A stretch of 64,000 nucleotides of DNA from Escherichia coli (GTDB taxonomy: Bacteria; Pseudomonadota; Gammaproteobacteria; Enterobacterales; Enterobacteriaceae). The notes under the pieces were generated by a model. It searched no databases. It saw only the letters and a list, made by a program, of their open reading frames with translations, and was not told where the DNA came from. The stretch is taken from assembly GCF_051903065.1 (NCBI RefSeq), contig NZ_CP178438.1. One strand, 5' to 3'. A program made the translations under genes and the position numbers. Below, one piece after another: positions 35,505-48,010 of this stretch. The stretch's first letter is position 1. Each line of letters begins with the position of its first letter.

Positions 35505-36755
35505 TCAGATGGCGTGGTTTTGCTTCATTGCAGCAATTTCATCGTCGCTATAACCCAGCTCCTGCAATACAGCAGCGGTATGTTCACCTAATAGCGGCGC
35601 AGCTTTAATATCTGGCGTAAAGGCAGAGAATTTCATTGGACAACCAACTGTCAGATATTTTCCACGCAACGGTTGTTCCACTTCGACAACACTGCCACTT
35701 TGGCGCAAAGAGGGATCAAGTGAAATTTCTTTCATACTTAAAACCGGTGCACAAGGAATATCAAATTGAGTCAAATAGGCCACCGCTTCATGTTTATCAA
35801 TAGTGACAGTGTATTTTTCAATTTCAGCAAAAATATCGAAAATATGTGGCTGTCGGGCATGGGCTGTACTGTATGCCGGATCGGTAATCCAATCTGGTTT
35901 GCCGATGGCTTTACAGGTGTTTTCCCAGTTTTGCTCCTGAATAGTGAAATAAATATAGGCGTTAGGATCGGTTTCCCAACCTTTACATTTCAGGATCCAG
36001 CCAGGCTGACCGCCACCACCCGCATTACCTCCGCGGGGAACTGCATCACCAAATGTGCCATTCGGATACTGCGGGTATTCTTCCAGATAACCCAATTTAT
36101 CGAGACGCTGCTGGTCGCGTAATTTCACGCGGCAAAGATTCAACACGGCATCCTGCATTGACATGGTGACTCGTTGCCCACGCCCCGTTTTTTCGCGATG
36201 CAGCAAAGCAGCAAGTAAACCGATCAGTAAATGCATTCCGGTGTTGCTGTCACCCAACGCTGCAGCGCTTACCAGCGGCGGACCGTCCCAAAAACCCGTA
36301 GTGGATGCCGCGCCACCCGCTGCCTGAGCAACGTTTTCATAGGCTTTTACATTCACATAAGGCGAACACTCATCAAACCCTTTGATCGAACCAAAAATCA
36401 GACGTGGATTGATTTCTTGAATATGCTCCCAGGTGAAACCCATGTGATCAATGGCCCCTGGATGAAAGTTCTCGACTAAGATATCAGCTTCGCGGATCAG
36501 CTTTTCCATTACCTCTTTGCCTTCCGCTGTTTTGGTATTTAACTCAATAGAACGTTTGTTACTGTTAAGCATGGTGAAGTAAAGCGCATCGATATCAGGA
36601 ATATCTCGCAGCTGGTGACGCGTTACGTCACCAACGCCGGGGCGTTCAATTTTAATGACGTCAGCGCCAAACCAGGCCAGCATTTGAGTACAAGATGGGC
36701 CAGATTGCACACCGGTGAAATCGAGAACTTTAATTCCTTGAAGTGGAGTTGACAT
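35505..36755 (-). CDS. frc: Formyl-CoA:oxalate CoA-transferase
   Basis: 416 aa [40 protein letters not shown]. Confidence 0.95.
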   Translation of the reverse strand: MSTPLQGIKVLDFTGVQSGPSCTQMLAWFGADVIKIERPGVGDVTRHQLRDIPDIDALYFTMLNSNKRSIELNTKTAEGKEVMEKLIREADILVENFHPGAIDHMGFTWEHIQEINPRLIFGSIKGFDECSPYVNVKAYENVAQAAGGAASTTGFWDGPPLVSAAALGDSNTGMHLLIGLLAALLHREKTGRGQRVTMSMQDAVLNLCRVKLRDQQRLDKLGYLEEYPQYPNGTFGDAVPRGGNAGGGGQPGWILKCKGWETDPNAYIYFTIQEQNWENTCKAIGKPDWITDPAYSTAHARQPHIFDIFAEIEKYTVTIDKHEAVAYLTQFDIPCAPVLSMKEISLDPSLRQSGSVVEVEQPLRGKYLTVGCPMKFSAFTPDIKAAPLLGEHTAAVLQELGYSDDEIAAMKQNHAI

Positions 36756-37266
36756 AGCAATACCTATTAGTTAATTAAATATGTGTTAATTTAGCGTTTA
36801 TTTAAGGCGTAACGCCTCTATAAATAATCCGCAAAATATCGTCGTAGCGGCACTCGATATTTTTACATTCCTGTATCAAGTACTGAAAATCATTTCATCG
36901 CTACTTCCAATTCCTTTCTGCATGGTAAGTAGTGAGGACGAAAAGAAGAATATGATAAATATTGGTTCGTGGTAATCAGAGAGAGTCGCGACATTTGTGA
37001 TGTTATTCTTACAACTGTAAGAAGCGCCGGTGATTTACAAGTAAGGGTATGATTACGCTTTTTAAAGCGTACCATAAAATATAACATATTAAATAATTTG
37101 TGATGACACGGGATTATTGCGGTTTACTTTGAGGAATATAAAATGCGAGTTTATAGAACAGCGAGCGCCAAATAATTTTATGACCACAACCTGTCGTATT
37201 GTGGTCATAAAAAATTGTCGGCTGGAGGGAGTTAAATCCTTTACCTCAATATACTGCCTGTCAGCA

Positions 37267-37902
37267 TTAGTTCACAAACAGTGCTTCGCTATCGACGATG
37301 ATTCCATCTTCCGCACCTTTAAGCGCCAGGTTTGCCTCGTAGTATTGCTTTTTATCAAGCAGTTTCTGCGCATCAGCAAGTGCATTACGAGTCTGTTTAA
37401 GCGGCATCAGATATTGGTTTTCCATTACACCAACACCGGCCAGGCGAAGCTCTTCCATTGCGCCCTTTTTATCCCCTTTCGCCATTTTTTCATTGGCAAT
37501 TTTTATCGCGGCTTCTTTTTCGGGTGTCGCTACATAACTCTCAGAAATTCCGACAGATGCATTAATGACAATATATTGGTCATCATTGACATTGGTCTTT
37601 TTACCTGGCTTAGCGAACTTTGCCCATTCGGTACTGTCATCTGACAACAAAGCTGAAGCTTCATTGGTCAGTTCTTTTGCCTTTTCCGGATCGCCATGAA
37701 ACAGAGCCAGGCGCGCTACCTGCACGTCACGCATCGCATATAAACCTTGTTCAGAGATACGCTCTGCTGCAGCTGCCGTTTTCTGGGTTTGCTGAACTTG
37801 CTGAGTTTGCTGTTGTGCCGCTACCGGAGCATTATCAGCAGCCCATACAGTTGAAGATGCCAGAATTGCTGTGACCATCGTAGCCATAATTAAACGTTTC
37901 AT
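37267..37902 (-). CDS. yfdX: YfdX family periplasmic protein
   Basis: 211 aa with signal peptide [21 protein letters not shown]. Confidence 0.9.
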
Positions 37903-38197
37903 ACTTACCTCATTCTTTAACAGTTTTAGAAAACGCCGCCATCATATTGGGTGAGCATGAAATGAGAAATCAGAGAGCAACGGTCATTTTGAAAGGGTTA
38001 TCTTACAGTTGTAGTTATTATCGCAAGAAGTATTTTAGTCTTACAATTGTAGGAATATGCTTCCTGTCACAGAGAACTATTCTTATATACCACAAAGAGA
38101 TGTCATTTATTATATCGATGTAAATACTGATTAATTAAATGTAAATACAGCCATAACATCGTAGGTCCTCAGTGAACCATTTTCAGGATAACTTTCT

Positions 38198-38473
38198 ATG
38201 AAAGTAAACTTAATACTTTTTAGCTTATTTTTATTGGTCTCTATTATGGCATGCAATGTTTTTGCATTTTCCATTTCTGGTGGTGGAAGTGAGAGGAGCT
38301 ATAAAGAGACTGAAAAAACATCAGCGATGACGACAACTCACTCTACAAAATTTCAGCCATCACAGGCGATTTTGTTTAAGATGAGAGAAGATGCACCACC
38401 ATTAAACCTCACAGAAGAAACCACGCCCACTTATCCGACAAAGGCGAGTTATCTTATTCATCCTGTGCGATAG
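38198..38473 (+). CDS. ypdI: Putative lipoprotein YpdI
   Basis: 91 aa, signal peptide with lipobox-like MAC. Confidence 0.8.
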   Translation: MKVNLILFSLFLLVSIMACNVFAFSISGGGSERSYKETEKTSAMTTTHSTKFQPSQAILFKMREDAPPLNLTEETTPTYPTKASYLIHPVR

Positions 38474-38549
38474 CGTCTGTCACATGGCAGGTGAGCAATC
38501 ATGTCTGATGCTGATGTGAACACCTGCCCAAATGAGCCATCCTGACCCA

Positions 38550-38792
38550 CTACCGCCTGCCATACCCCACCATAAAGCGAATCATCAAGCCACAAGCCGG
38601 GGCAAGAAACATAAATATCCCCGTCACCAGTTCATTACCGCCTGTTAACCACATGGTGAAGTAATAAATGAGTGCAGCGAGGATCACCATGCCGAAGAAA
38701 GAAGAGACCGCCGATACCACGTTCAGTACCTGACCGATGTAGCCGCTTACGCAGACAATACACAGGGCGAGAAACATCCATAAATAAATCAT
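38550..38792 (-). CDS. yfdY: Small membrane protein YfdY
   Basis: 80 aa, two predicted TM helices. Confidence 0.8.
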   Translation of the reverse strand: MIYLWMFLALCIVCVSGYIGQVLNVVSAVSSFFGMVILAALIYYFTMWLTGGNELVTGIFMFLAPACGLMIRFMVGYGRR

Positions 38793-39144
38793 AGCTCAAC
38801 CTCCTGCCGCGCTAAAAAACCTGTAACTTCAGTCACTTTAATAGTAAGACAATCCTTAACCTCTGGCAATTTTTGCTAAGCATCAATGAAAACAGCATGT
38901 TAAATGCAACACTATTGCATGCGGAAAATTTTTTACTTTGCACGATTAATAATCAGTAGCTGAAAGCAGTCAGCCAGTGATAAAGTAGAGCCACCGCATT
39001 CATGCTCCTCGTGGTTATGTCCTGACTAGTCTTTACACTCTTTACAGGAACCATTGTCGTACATGATGGCCCAACCAATTGAGTGTACCGCTGTCGACAT
39101 GGAATCTTCTGCGATACAACAATTCGTATCTACAGAAGGTAACT

Positions 39145-40065
39145 ATGTTTCCACAATGCAAATTTTCCCGCGAGTTTCTACATCCTCGCTACTGGCTCAC
39201 ATGGTTTGGGCTTGGTGTACTCTGGCTTTGGGTACAGCTTCCTTATCCTGTTCTCTGCTTTCTCGGCACGCGTATTGGCGCAATGGCGCGACCATTCCTG
39301 AAACGGCGTGAATCTATCGCCCGTAAAAACCTGGAACTTTGCTTCCCGCAGCATTCTGCGGAAGAACGCGAGAAGATGATTGCCGAAAACTTTCGTTCAC
39401 TCGGCATGGCGCTGGTAGAAACCGGCATGGCGTGGTTCTGGCCCGACAGTCGCGTACGTAAATGGTTTGATGTTGAAGGGCTGGATAACCTTAAACGCGC
39501 ACAAATGCAAAATCGCGGCGTAATGGTTGTCGGCGTCCATTTTATGTCGCTGGAACTGGGCGGTCGCGTGATGGGACTTTGTCAGCCAATGATGGCTACC
39601 TATCGTCCACATAATAATCAGCTGATGGAATGGGTGCAGACCCGTGGTCGCATGCGCTCTAACAAAGCGATGATCGGCAGAAATAATCTGCGCGGCATTG
39701 TCAGTGCACTGAAGAAAGGTGAAGCGGTATGGTTTGCTCCCGATCAGGATTATGGTCGTAAAGGCAGCTCCTTCGCGCCGTTCTTTGCGGTAGAAAATGT
39801 CGCCACAACCAATGGCACCTATGTTCTCTCTCGTCTCTCTGGCGCAGCAATGTTGACCGTAACGATGGTAAGAAAAGCGGATTACAGCGGATATCGTTTG
39901 TACATCACCCCAGAGATGGAAGGCTACCCGGCAGATGAAAATCAAGCCGCTGCCTATATGAACAAGATTATCGAGAAAGAGATCATGCGCGCACCGGAGC
40001 AGTACCTCTGGATCCACCGTCGCTTTAAAACGCGCCCGGTGGGAGAATCGTCGTTATACATTTAA
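39145..40065 (+). CDS. lpxP: Lipid A biosynthesis palmitoleoyltransferase (cold-induced)
   Basis: 306 aa from ATG 39145 (MFPQCKFSREFLHPRYW...); ORF track begins 22 codons upstream. Confidence 0.9.
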   Translation: MFPQCKFSREFLHPRYWLTWFGLGVLWLWVQLPYPVLCFLGTRIGAMARPFLKRRESIARKNLELCFPQHSAEEREKMIAENFRSLGMALVETGMAWFWPDSRVRKWFDVEGLDNLKRAQMQNRGVMVVGVHFMSLELGGRVMGLCQPMMATYRPHNNQLMEWVQTRGRMRSNKAMIGRNNLRGIVSALKKGEAVWFAPDQDYGRKGSSFAPFFAVENVATTNGTYVLSRLSGAAMLTVTMVRKADYSGYRLYITPEMEGYPADENQAAAYMNKIIEKEIMRAPEQYLWIHRRFKTRPVGESSLYI

Positions 40066-40420
40066 CAAACTGCTCTGACTCTTTACCTCCTCACATAAGC
40101 CATAATAACCTCATGGTTTTTATGGCTTTTTTCTTAAGGTTTTTTCCTTCGCTGAATATCTAATTATTACCGTCAGAAATTAAACTGTCGCCGATATGAG
40201 ACACCTGTAAGTTACTAAAAGTAAATAAGAAAATGCCTCTTGTCTCGTTTCAGTTTTAGGCGTACATTAGCGCCGTCTCGAGCAGTTTAGCTCAGAATTC
40301 TGGGGTGATGCCCACGGTAAAATACAGGACTTTTAAGGTCGTTTTGCCCGGTGTCAACTCACTGTATCAGGTGTAATGAAGTCATTCAGGCGTAACAGCA
40401 ATTACGCGGAGAGATGTAAA

Positions 40421-40492
40421 GTGAAATATTTCTTTATGGGCATTTCTTTTATGGTCATCGTTTGGGCCGGTACTTTTGCCCTGATGATCTAA
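40421..40492 (+). CDS. ypdK: Small membrane protein YpdK (23 aa, GTG start)
   Basis: VKYFFMGISFMVIVWAGTFALMI; preceded by purine-rich stretch. Confidence 0.55.
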   Translation: MKYFFMGISFMVIVWAGTFALMI

Positions 40493-40511
40493 AAGCAAAC
40501 TGTGCAATGAA

Positions 40512-40535
40512 AAACAGGAGCCATCAGGCTCCTGT
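40512..40535. terminator. Hairpin between ypdK and convergent alaC
   Basis: aacaggagcc-atca-ggctcctgtt, 10-bp stem. Confidence 0.5.
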
Positions 40536-40556
40536 TTGCATTTCTGAGGTCGGTGT

Positions 40557-41795
40557 TTATTCCGCGTTTTCGTGAATATGTTTGCTGCTGGCGGGTAGTA
40601 AACCGTCGGCACGGAACATCGCTTTAATCCCACGAATCGCCTGACGAATACGGTCGCGGTTTTCAATCAGTGCAAAGCGCACATGCGTATCACCATAGTC
40701 GCCAAAGCCAATCCCCGGAGAGACACAGACCTTCGCTTCGTTAAGCAATTTCTTGGCAAATTCCAGCGAGCCCATGGCAGCATACGGTTCCGGTATTTTC
40801 GCCCAGACATACATCGAAGCCTTCGGCATTTCGACCATCCAGCCCGCTTCATGCAGCCCTTTAACCAATACATCACGGCGGCGTTTGTACTGTTCGGCAA
40901 TGTCGCGCACGCACTGTTGATCGCCCTCGAGTGCCGCAATCGCCGCCACCTGCAACGGCGTAAAGGTGCCGTAATCGTGATAGCTTTTAATACGTGCCAG
41001 GGCGCTGACCAGCGTTTTGTTGCCAACCATAAAGCCGATACGCCAGCCCGCCATGTTGTAGCTTTTCGACAGCGTAAAGAACTCGACCGCCACATCGCGT
41101 GCACCCGGCACCTGCATGATTGACGGCGCTTTCCAGCCATCGTAGACGATATCGGCATAGGCCAGGTCGTGGACCACCAGCACATCGTAGCGTTTCGCCA
41201 GCGCCACAACCTTTTCGAAGAACTCCAGTTCCACGCATTGCGCGGTTGGGTTCGACGGGAAGCCGAGGATCATCATCTTCGGTTTCGGATAACTTTCACG
41301 AATGGCGCGCTCCAGTTCGTTGAAGAAATCGACACCTTCCACCAGCGGCACTGAGCGTACCTGAGCCCCGGCAATCACCGCGCCGTAAATATGAATGGGG
41401 TAACTTGGATTCGGCACCAGCACTGTGTCACCGTGATCCAGTGTCGCCAGCATCAGATGCGCCAGGCCCTCTTTCGAACCAATAGTGACGATGGCTTCTG
41501 ATTCCGGGTCGATTTCAACGTCGTAGCGATCCTGATACCAACGGGAAATGGCGCGACGTAGCCGCGGAATACCGCGTGAAGTGGAGTAACCATGCGTGTC
41601 CGGGCGCTGGGCCACAGTACATAATTTTTCGACGATATGCGGCGGAGTCGCACCGTCCGGGTTACCCATACTGAAATCGATAATATCTTCGCCGCGCCGA
41701 CGCGCAGCCATTTTCAGTTCAGCGGTAATGTTAAAAACATAGGGCGGGAGACGATCAATGCGCGTAAAGCGACGTTCAGGGCGAGTGTCAGCCAT
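40557..41795 (-). CDS. alaC: Glutamate-pyruvate aminotransferase AlaC (YfdZ)
   Basis: 412 aa, class I aminotransferase with PLP-Lys motif. Confidence 0.95.
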   Translation of the reverse strand: MADTRPERRFTRIDRLPPYVFNITAELKMAARRRGEDIIDFSMGNPDGATPPHIVEKLCTVAQRPDTHGYSTSRGIPRLRRAISRWYQDRYDVEIDPESEAIVTIGSKEGLAHLMLATLDHGDTVLVPNPSYPIHIYGAVIAGAQVRSVPLVEGVDFFNELERAIRESYPKPKMMILGFPSNPTAQCVELEFFEKVVALAKRYDVLVVHDLAYADIVYDGWKAPSIMQVPGARDVAVEFFTLSKSYNMAGWRIGFMVGNKTLVSALARIKSYHDYGTFTPLQVAAIAALEGDQQCVRDIAEQYKRRRDVLVKGLHEAGWMVEMPKASMYVWAKIPEPYAAMGSLEFAKKLLNEAKVCVSPGIGFGDYGDTHVRFALIENRDRIRQAIRGIKAMFRADGLLPASSKHIHENAE

Positions 41796-42171
41796 AATTT
41801 CCTCAGATTAACGTTAGCGCCCGGACCGTCCGAGCGACGCTGCCACGATGGTGGCTGTTTTGAAAATAGCCTGATTAATTTCTGTCTGTCCAGCGTTTTA
41901 GAACATTTTTATTAATGACGTTAAATGAGGAACTCTGCTTTAAAAACAGGAAATTTATCTGCGCTAACAAGAAAATTACCACTCATTTTATTAACATAAT
42001 AATTTCAATAAATTTACTAACCAGAAGTGCATTATCAAGAGATGCATTGCTAATACACCATTTATCCATCAATCCCCTTTTAAAATTGTGGTTTTTCCTC
42101 AAAAACGGCCTGCTGGTCATCAGCCTTCAGGTTACCTATCATAGAGGTTTAATCCTTATTCAGAGTCACCC

Positions 42172-43869
42172 GTGCACGAAATATTCAACATGCTGCTGGC
42201 GGTCTTCGATCGGGCAGCGTTAATGCTTATCTGCCTGTTCTTTCTCATCCGTATCCGCCTGTTTCGCGAACTGTTGCACAAGTCGGCACACTCACCGAAA
42301 GAGTTGCTCGCCGTTACCGCCATTTTCTCGCTGTTCGCTCTGTTCAGCACCTGGTCCGGCGTTCCCGTAGAAGGCTCGCTGGTGAACGTACGTATTATCG
42401 CGGTGATGTCCGGCGGGATTCTGTTTGGCCCATGGGTGGGCATCATTACCGGCGTGATTGCGGGTATTCACCGGTATTTAATTGATATCGGCGGCGTGAC
42501 GGCGATCCCCTGCTTTATCACCAGCATTCTGGCGGGTTGTATATCGGGCTGGATCAACCTGAAAATCCCCAAAGCACAGCGCTGGCGCGTCGGTATTCTC
42601 GGCGGCATGTTGTGTGAAACGTTGACCATGATTCTGGTGATTGTCTGGGCACCAACTACCGCGTTGGGGATCGATATCGTCTCTAAAATCGGCATTCCAA
42701 TGATCCTCGGCAGCGTCTGTATCGGCTTTATTGTGCTTCTGGTGCAAAGCGTTGAGGGCGAAAAAGAGGCCAGCGCCGCGCGGCAGGCCAAGCTGGCGCT
42801 AGATATCGCCAACAAAACGCTACCTCTGTTTCGCCATGTCAATAGCGAGTCATTACGCAAGGTCTGCGAAATTATCCGCGATGACATTCACGCCGATGCG
42901 GTGGCAATTACCAATACCGATCATGTGCTGGCCTATGTTGGCGTGGGTGAACATAACTATCAGAATGGCGATGACTTCATTAGCCCGACTACCCGTCAGG
43001 CGATGAATTACGGAAAAATCATCATTAAAAACAATGATGAAGCCCACCGCACACCAGAGATTCATTCCATGCTGGTGATCCCATTGTGGGAGAAAGGGGT
43101 CGTGACCGGAACGCTGAAAATTTACTACTGCCACGCGCATCAGATAACCTCGTCATTACAGGAAATGGCGGTTGGTCTGTCGCAAATCATCTCCACGCAA
43201 CTGGAGGTTTCACGCGCCGAGCAGCTACGTGAAATGGCAAATAAGGCAGAGCTTCGCGCCCTGCAAAGCAAAATTAATCCCCATTTTCTGTTTAACGCTC
43301 TGAACGCTATTTCATCGTCAATCCGTCTGAATCCGGATACCGCTCGCCAGCTGATCTTTAATCTGTCGCGTTATCTGCGCTATAACATTGAATTAAAAGA
43401 CGATGAGCAAATCGATATCAAAAAAGAGCTGTATCAAATTAAAGACTATATTGCCATTGAGCAGGCCCGCTTTGGCGATAAGCTGACGGTTATCTATGAT
43501 ATTGATGAAGAGGTGAATTGCTGCATTCCCAGCCTGCTGATCCAGCCGTTGGTGGAGAATGCCATTGTCCACGGTATCCAGCCTTGCAAAGGTAAAGGCG
43601 TTGTCACCATCAGCGTTGCAGAGTGCGGCAATCGGGTACGCATTGCGGTGCGGGATACCGGGCACGGCATCGATCCAAAGGTGATTGAGCGGGTCGAAGC
43701 GAATGAAATGCCGGGCAATAAAATTGGCCTACTGAATGTCCATCATCGCGTGAAGTTATTGTATGGCGAGGGGCTGCATATCCGCCGCCTGGAACCAGGA
43801 ACGGAAATTGCGTTTTACATTCCTAACCAACGCACCCCAGTCGCCTCACAGGCTACGTTATTGCTTTGA
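42172..43869 (+). CDS. ypdA: Sensor histidine kinase YpdA (LytS family, 5TM-5TMR_LYT + GAF + HK)
   Basis: 565 aa; pairs with LytTR regulator downstream. Confidence 0.95.
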
Positions 43870-43883
43870 GCCGGAGTGATATT

Positions 43884-44618
43884 GTGAAAGTCATCATTGT
43901 TGAAGACGAATTCCTGGCACAACAGGAACTGAGCTGGCTAATTAAAGAGCACAGCCAGATGGAGATTGTCGGCACCTTTGACGACGGTCTGGACGTGTTG
44001 AAGTTTTTGCAGCATAACCGCGTCGACGCCATTTTTCTGGATATCAATATTCCGTCGCTGGATGGTGTGTTGCTGGCGCAAAACATCAGCCAGTTCGCCC
44101 ATAAACCGTTTATTGTGTTCATCACCGCGTGGAAAGAACATGCGGTAGAAGCGTTTGAACTGGAGGCGTTTGACTACATTCTCAAACCGTATCAGGAGTC
44201 ACGCATTACCGGGATGCTGCAAAAACTGGAAGCGGCCTGGCAACAACAGCAGACCAGCAGCACGCCTGCCGCGACGGTAACGCGTGAGAATGACACCATT
44301 AATCTGGTGAAAGATGAGCGAATAATCGTCACGCCAATTAACGATATCTATTACGCCGAAGCGCACGAGAAAATGACCTTTGTTTATACGCGGCGTGAAT
44401 CCTACGTAATGCCGATGAACATTACCGAATTTTGCAGCAAACTGCCGCCGTCGCATTTTTTCCGCTGCCATCGCTCATTTTGTGTCAATCTGAACAAAAT
44501 CCGCGAGATCGAACCGTGGTTTAATAACACCTATATTCTGCGGCTGAAAGATCTGGATTTTGAAGTGCCAGTCAGCCGCAGCAAAGTAAAAGAATTTCGC
44601 CAGTTAATGCATCTTTAA
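43884..44618 (+). CDS. ypdB: Response regulator YpdB (LytTR family)
   Basis: 244 aa from GTG 43884 (VKVIIVEDEF...); ORF track starts at upstream TTG. Confidence 0.9.
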   Translation: MKVIIVEDEFLAQQELSWLIKEHSQMEIVGTFDDGLDVLKFLQHNRVDAIFLDINIPSLDGVLLAQNISQFAHKPFIVFITAWKEHAVEAFELEAFDYILKPYQESRITGMLQKLEAAWQQQQTSSTPAATVTRENDTINLVKDERIIVTPINDIYYAEAHEKMTFVYTRRESYVMPMNITEFCSKLPPSHFFRCHRSFCVNLNKIREIEPWFNNTYILRLKDLDFEVPVSRSKVKEFRQLMHL

Positions 44619-44630
44619 TCGGGAACTTTC

Positions 44631-45488
44631 ATGAAAGCACCAGGCTTGCCCGCCGATCAACAATTTTTCGCCGATCTGTTCAGCGGCCTGGTGCTTAACC
44701 CGCAACTACTGGGGCGCGTCTGGTTTGCCAGCCAGCCTGCCTCGTTGCCGGTGGGCAGTTTATGTATTGATTTTCCCCGTCTGGATATCGTGCTGCGCGG
44801 CGAATACGGCAATCTGCTGGAAGCAAAGCAGCAACGTTTGGTGGAAGGAGAAATGCTGTTTATTCCGGCGCGCGCGGCTAATTTACCGATCAACAACAAA
44901 CCGGTGATGCTGTTAAGTCTGGTGTTCGCACCGACCTGGCTTGGGTTATCGTTTTACGATAGCCGCACCACGTCGTTGTTGCATCCAGCCCGCCAGATCC
45001 AGCTTCCCAGCCTGCAACGCGGTGAAGGTGAAGCGATGCTTACCGCCCTCACCCATCTTAGCCGTTCGCCGCTGGAGCAGAATATCATTCAGCCACTGGT
45101 GTTAAGTTTGCTGCATCTTTGCCGCAACGTGGTGAATATGCCGCCGGGCAATTCGCAGCCGCGCGGCGATTTTCTCTATCACAGCATTTGTAACTGGGTT
45201 CAGGATAATTATGCCCAGCAGCTCACCCGCGAGAGCGTGGCACAGTTTTTTAATATCACGCCCAATCATCTGTCAAAACTGTTTGCTCAGCATGGAACAA
45301 TGCGTTTTATCGAATATGTGCGTTGGGTGCGAATGGCGAAGGCGAGGATGATTTTGCAGAAATATCATCTGTCAATTCATGAAGTGGCACAGCGTTGCGG
45401 TTTTCCGGATAGCGACTATTTTTGTCGCGTTTTCCGGCGTCAGTTTGGTCTGACGCCGGGAGAGTACAGCGCCCGTTTTCAGGGCTAA
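44631..45488 (+). CDS. ypdC: AraC-family transcriptional regulator YpdC
   Basis: 285 aa with C-terminal AraC HTH. Confidence 0.9.
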   Translation: MKAPGLPADQQFFADLFSGLVLNPQLLGRVWFASQPASLPVGSLCIDFPRLDIVLRGEYGNLLEAKQQRLVEGEMLFIPARAANLPINNKPVMLLSLVFAPTWLGLSFYDSRTTSLLHPARQIQLPSLQRGEGEAMLTALTHLSRSPLEQNIIQPLVLSLLHLCRNVVNMPPGNSQPRGDFLYHSICNWVQDNYAQQLTRESVAQFFNITPNHLSKLFAQHGTMRFIEYVRWVRMAKARMILQKYHLSIHEVAQRCGFPDSDYFCRVFRRQFGLTPGEYSARFQG

Positions 45489-45490
45489 CG

Positions 45491-47986
45491 TCAGAAGGTT
45501 AATTCTGTTTCCAGCAGCGTCAGGATACTTTGTGCATCTTGCGCGGCAAACAACGACTGGCGGAAGTTTTTATTCACCAGTTTACGCACCAGCTGCGAGA
45601 AGACTTTCACATGATTCATCCCTTCGTTAGCACCCAGCGTCAGCATGATCACCAGTTCGACTTCGCCCATTTCTGACTGCCAGTCAACCGGTTTCGCCAG
45701 CCGGGCAATGCTGATACTGGAATGACGGATCCACTGAGATTTGGTGTGCGGGATCGCCACGCCAAAACCAACGCCAGTGGTGACAATCTCTTCCCGCTGC
45801 CAGACATCCTCTTCCAGCTCGAACGGATGTTCAGTGCGCCCGTTAACGCCGAGGTTACCGCACAGGAACTGGATCGCCTGCTCTTTATTGCTAAAGGCCT
45901 GATCAACGAAGATATTCTCCAGCGCCAGCAGCGGGCGAACGTCTTCTTCCGGCGTAAAGGCGGTGAGTAACGCTTCAATTTCCTGCGCGCTGCGGCATTC
46001 ACACGCCTGACGCGCCAGTTCCCGACACGCCTCGCTATCCAGTTGACGAAGCTGGCTTTTCACCGCCGGAATGCGCGGGCTACTCATACTCAGCTCATCC
46101 AGGCCCAGCCCAAGCAGTAGCGGCAGATAACGGCTTTCACCGCCCAGTTCACCGCAAATGCCTACCCATTTGCCCCGCTGATGCGCAGTGGTAACAATCT
46201 GCTGCAACATGCGCAGGAACGATGGCGTAATCGGGTTATATAGCGGCGATACGCGCGGGTTATTACGATCGACCGCATACAGATACTGGGTCATATCGTT
46301 GGAGCCGATACTGAAGAAATCGACCTCATCGCAGAAGTGATCGATGATGTAGCACACCGACGGCACTTCCACCATGATACCCAGCGTAATCGTCTCTGCA
46401 TGACGCAGGCCATCGCGCTTAAGCTCAACGATCGCTTTTTGGATCTCGCCCTTCACCCATAAGATCTGATCGAGGCTGTGGACCATCGGGATCATCAACT
46501 GGGCGTTGCCGAAACTGGCGGCGCGCAAAATGGCCCGCAGTTGAGTGCGGAACAGGCCAGCAAATTCCGGGTAAATACGTACCGCGCGATAGCCGAGGAA
46601 CGGGTTCTCTTCCTGGGGAATATTCAGATAAGGAATGCTTTTATCGCCTCCGATGTCCATTGTGCGGAAGATAATCGGCTTGTCGCCCGCTGCCAGTAGC
46701 ACCTGCTGGTAGGCTTCAAATTGCTCCTGCTCGTCCGGCGCGCTGTCGCGATCCATATAGAGCATTTCGGTACGGAACAGCCCGACGCCTTCCGCGCCGT
46801 TGGCAAACGCGCCAGGCGCTTCCAGAGCGGTGCCAATATTCGCCGCGATATCAATACGCTTGTTATCACGGGAATAAGCCAGCTGCGCGGCAGCCTGCGC
46901 CTGTTGTTTTTGGCGTTTATCCGCCAGCGTCTGCGCGACCTGATAATAACCGCTCACCGCGTCATTCGGGTTAATCGCCAGCACGCCGCACTGGGCGTCA
47001 AGCACTGCAGGTTGCCCGGCATAACGGGCAATCGCATCCAGCGGCAGGCCGCTCAGTACCGGGATCGCCGAGGCGCGGGCCAGAATCAGGGTATGCGAGG
47101 TGCGCCCGGTTTTCTCCAGAATCATGCCCGCAAGATTTTTTAAATCCAGGCTTAAAAACTGGCTTGGGGTTAAATCCTCGGCCACCAGAATAGTCGGTTT
47201 TTCCAGCACCAGATTGTTGCGCGGCTTCAGTTCCGGCCAGGTAATATGCAGCAACTGTTCGCTAATATCGCGAATGTCGCTAACACGTTCGCGCAGATAA
47301 TCGCTGGCAGAAGCAGAAAGTTTGGCGCAAACCTGCTCCATATTGCTGATGATCGCCGCCCCCAGCCCCTGATGCTGTTCTGTCATCAGGCGACGGATAT
47401 TGCCTGCAAATTCATCATCCTGAATCAGCGACAAATGGGCGCTGAGGATAGTTTTGCTTTCGCCGTCACGCTCACGCAATTGCTGGTTCAGTTGCTCGGC
47501 AAGCGTTGCCAGGCTGTGCTCCAGCCGGGTGGAATCTTGCGCACTGGCGGGGATTGCCCGATAACTGTCGAGGCTGTCGCTTTGTAACAGGGTCAGCGTA
47601 CCCACGCCGACGCCGCTTGCCAGCACATTGCCGTACAGTAAATCCGGGTTAAGGCGGCTTAATGAACGCGGCAGCGGATGCGCCGTCAGTTCTGCCTGCG
47701 TTGGCTGAACGCTGTCGCTGTCGATAAAGCGCACCTGGATGTACTCTTCCAGCACGCGCCGCGCCTGCTCTTCATCGCTGCCGCTAATATTCAGGCTGCA
47801 ACTGTCATTAAATAGGGTGCCGGTGCCAATCAGCGCCAGCGAGCTTTTGGCATCGGCCTTTGCGTTCTGGCGATGGTTAATAAAAGTGATTTCGCTTTGC
47901 CACTGGCTGCACTGTTCTTTAAGTTCCCACGCCGGACGAGCATGTAGACCGTTAGGCAAAGGACAGAGAAATTGAATCGTTAACAT
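45491..47986 (-). CDS. fryA: PTS multiphosphoryl transfer protein FryA (HPr-EI-IIA fusion)
   Basis: 831 aa; EI-like PEP-utilising domain and IIA domain. Confidence 0.95.
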   Translation of the reverse strand: MLTIQFLCPLPNGLHARPAWELKEQCSQWQSEITFINHRQNAKADAKSSLALIGTGTLFNDSCSLNISGSDEEQARRVLEEYIQVRFIDSDSVQPTQAELTAHPLPRSLSRLNPDLLYGNVLASGVGVGTLTLLQSDSLDSYRAIPASAQDSTRLEHSLATLAEQLNQQLRERDGESKTILSAHLSLIQDDEFAGNIRRLMTEQHQGLGAAIISNMEQVCAKLSASASDYLRERVSDIRDISEQLLHITWPELKPRNNLVLEKPTILVAEDLTPSQFLSLDLKNLAGMILEKTGRTSHTLILARASAIPVLSGLPLDAIARYAGQPAVLDAQCGVLAINPNDAVSGYYQVAQTLADKRQKQQAQAAAQLAYSRDNKRIDIAANIGTALEAPGAFANGAEGVGLFRTEMLYMDRDSAPDEQEQFEAYQQVLLAAGDKPIIFRTMDIGGDKSIPYLNIPQEENPFLGYRAVRIYPEFAGLFRTQLRAILRAASFGNAQLMIPMVHSLDQILWVKGEIQKAIVELKRDGLRHAETITLGIMVEVPSVCYIIDHFCDEVDFFSIGSNDMTQYLYAVDRNNPRVSPLYNPITPSFLRMLQQIVTTAHQRGKWVGICGELGGESRYLPLLLGLGLDELSMSSPRIPAVKSQLRQLDSEACRELARQACECRSAQEIEALLTAFTPEEDVRPLLALENIFVDQAFSNKEQAIQFLCGNLGVNGRTEHPFELEEDVWQREEIVTTGVGFGVAIPHTKSQWIRHSSISIARLAKPVDWQSEMGEVELVIMLTLGANEGMNHVKVFSQLVRKLVNKNFRQSLFAAQDAQSILTLLETELTF

Positions 47987-48010
47987 AACCGCTCCGGGTT
48001 AATCAGGAGA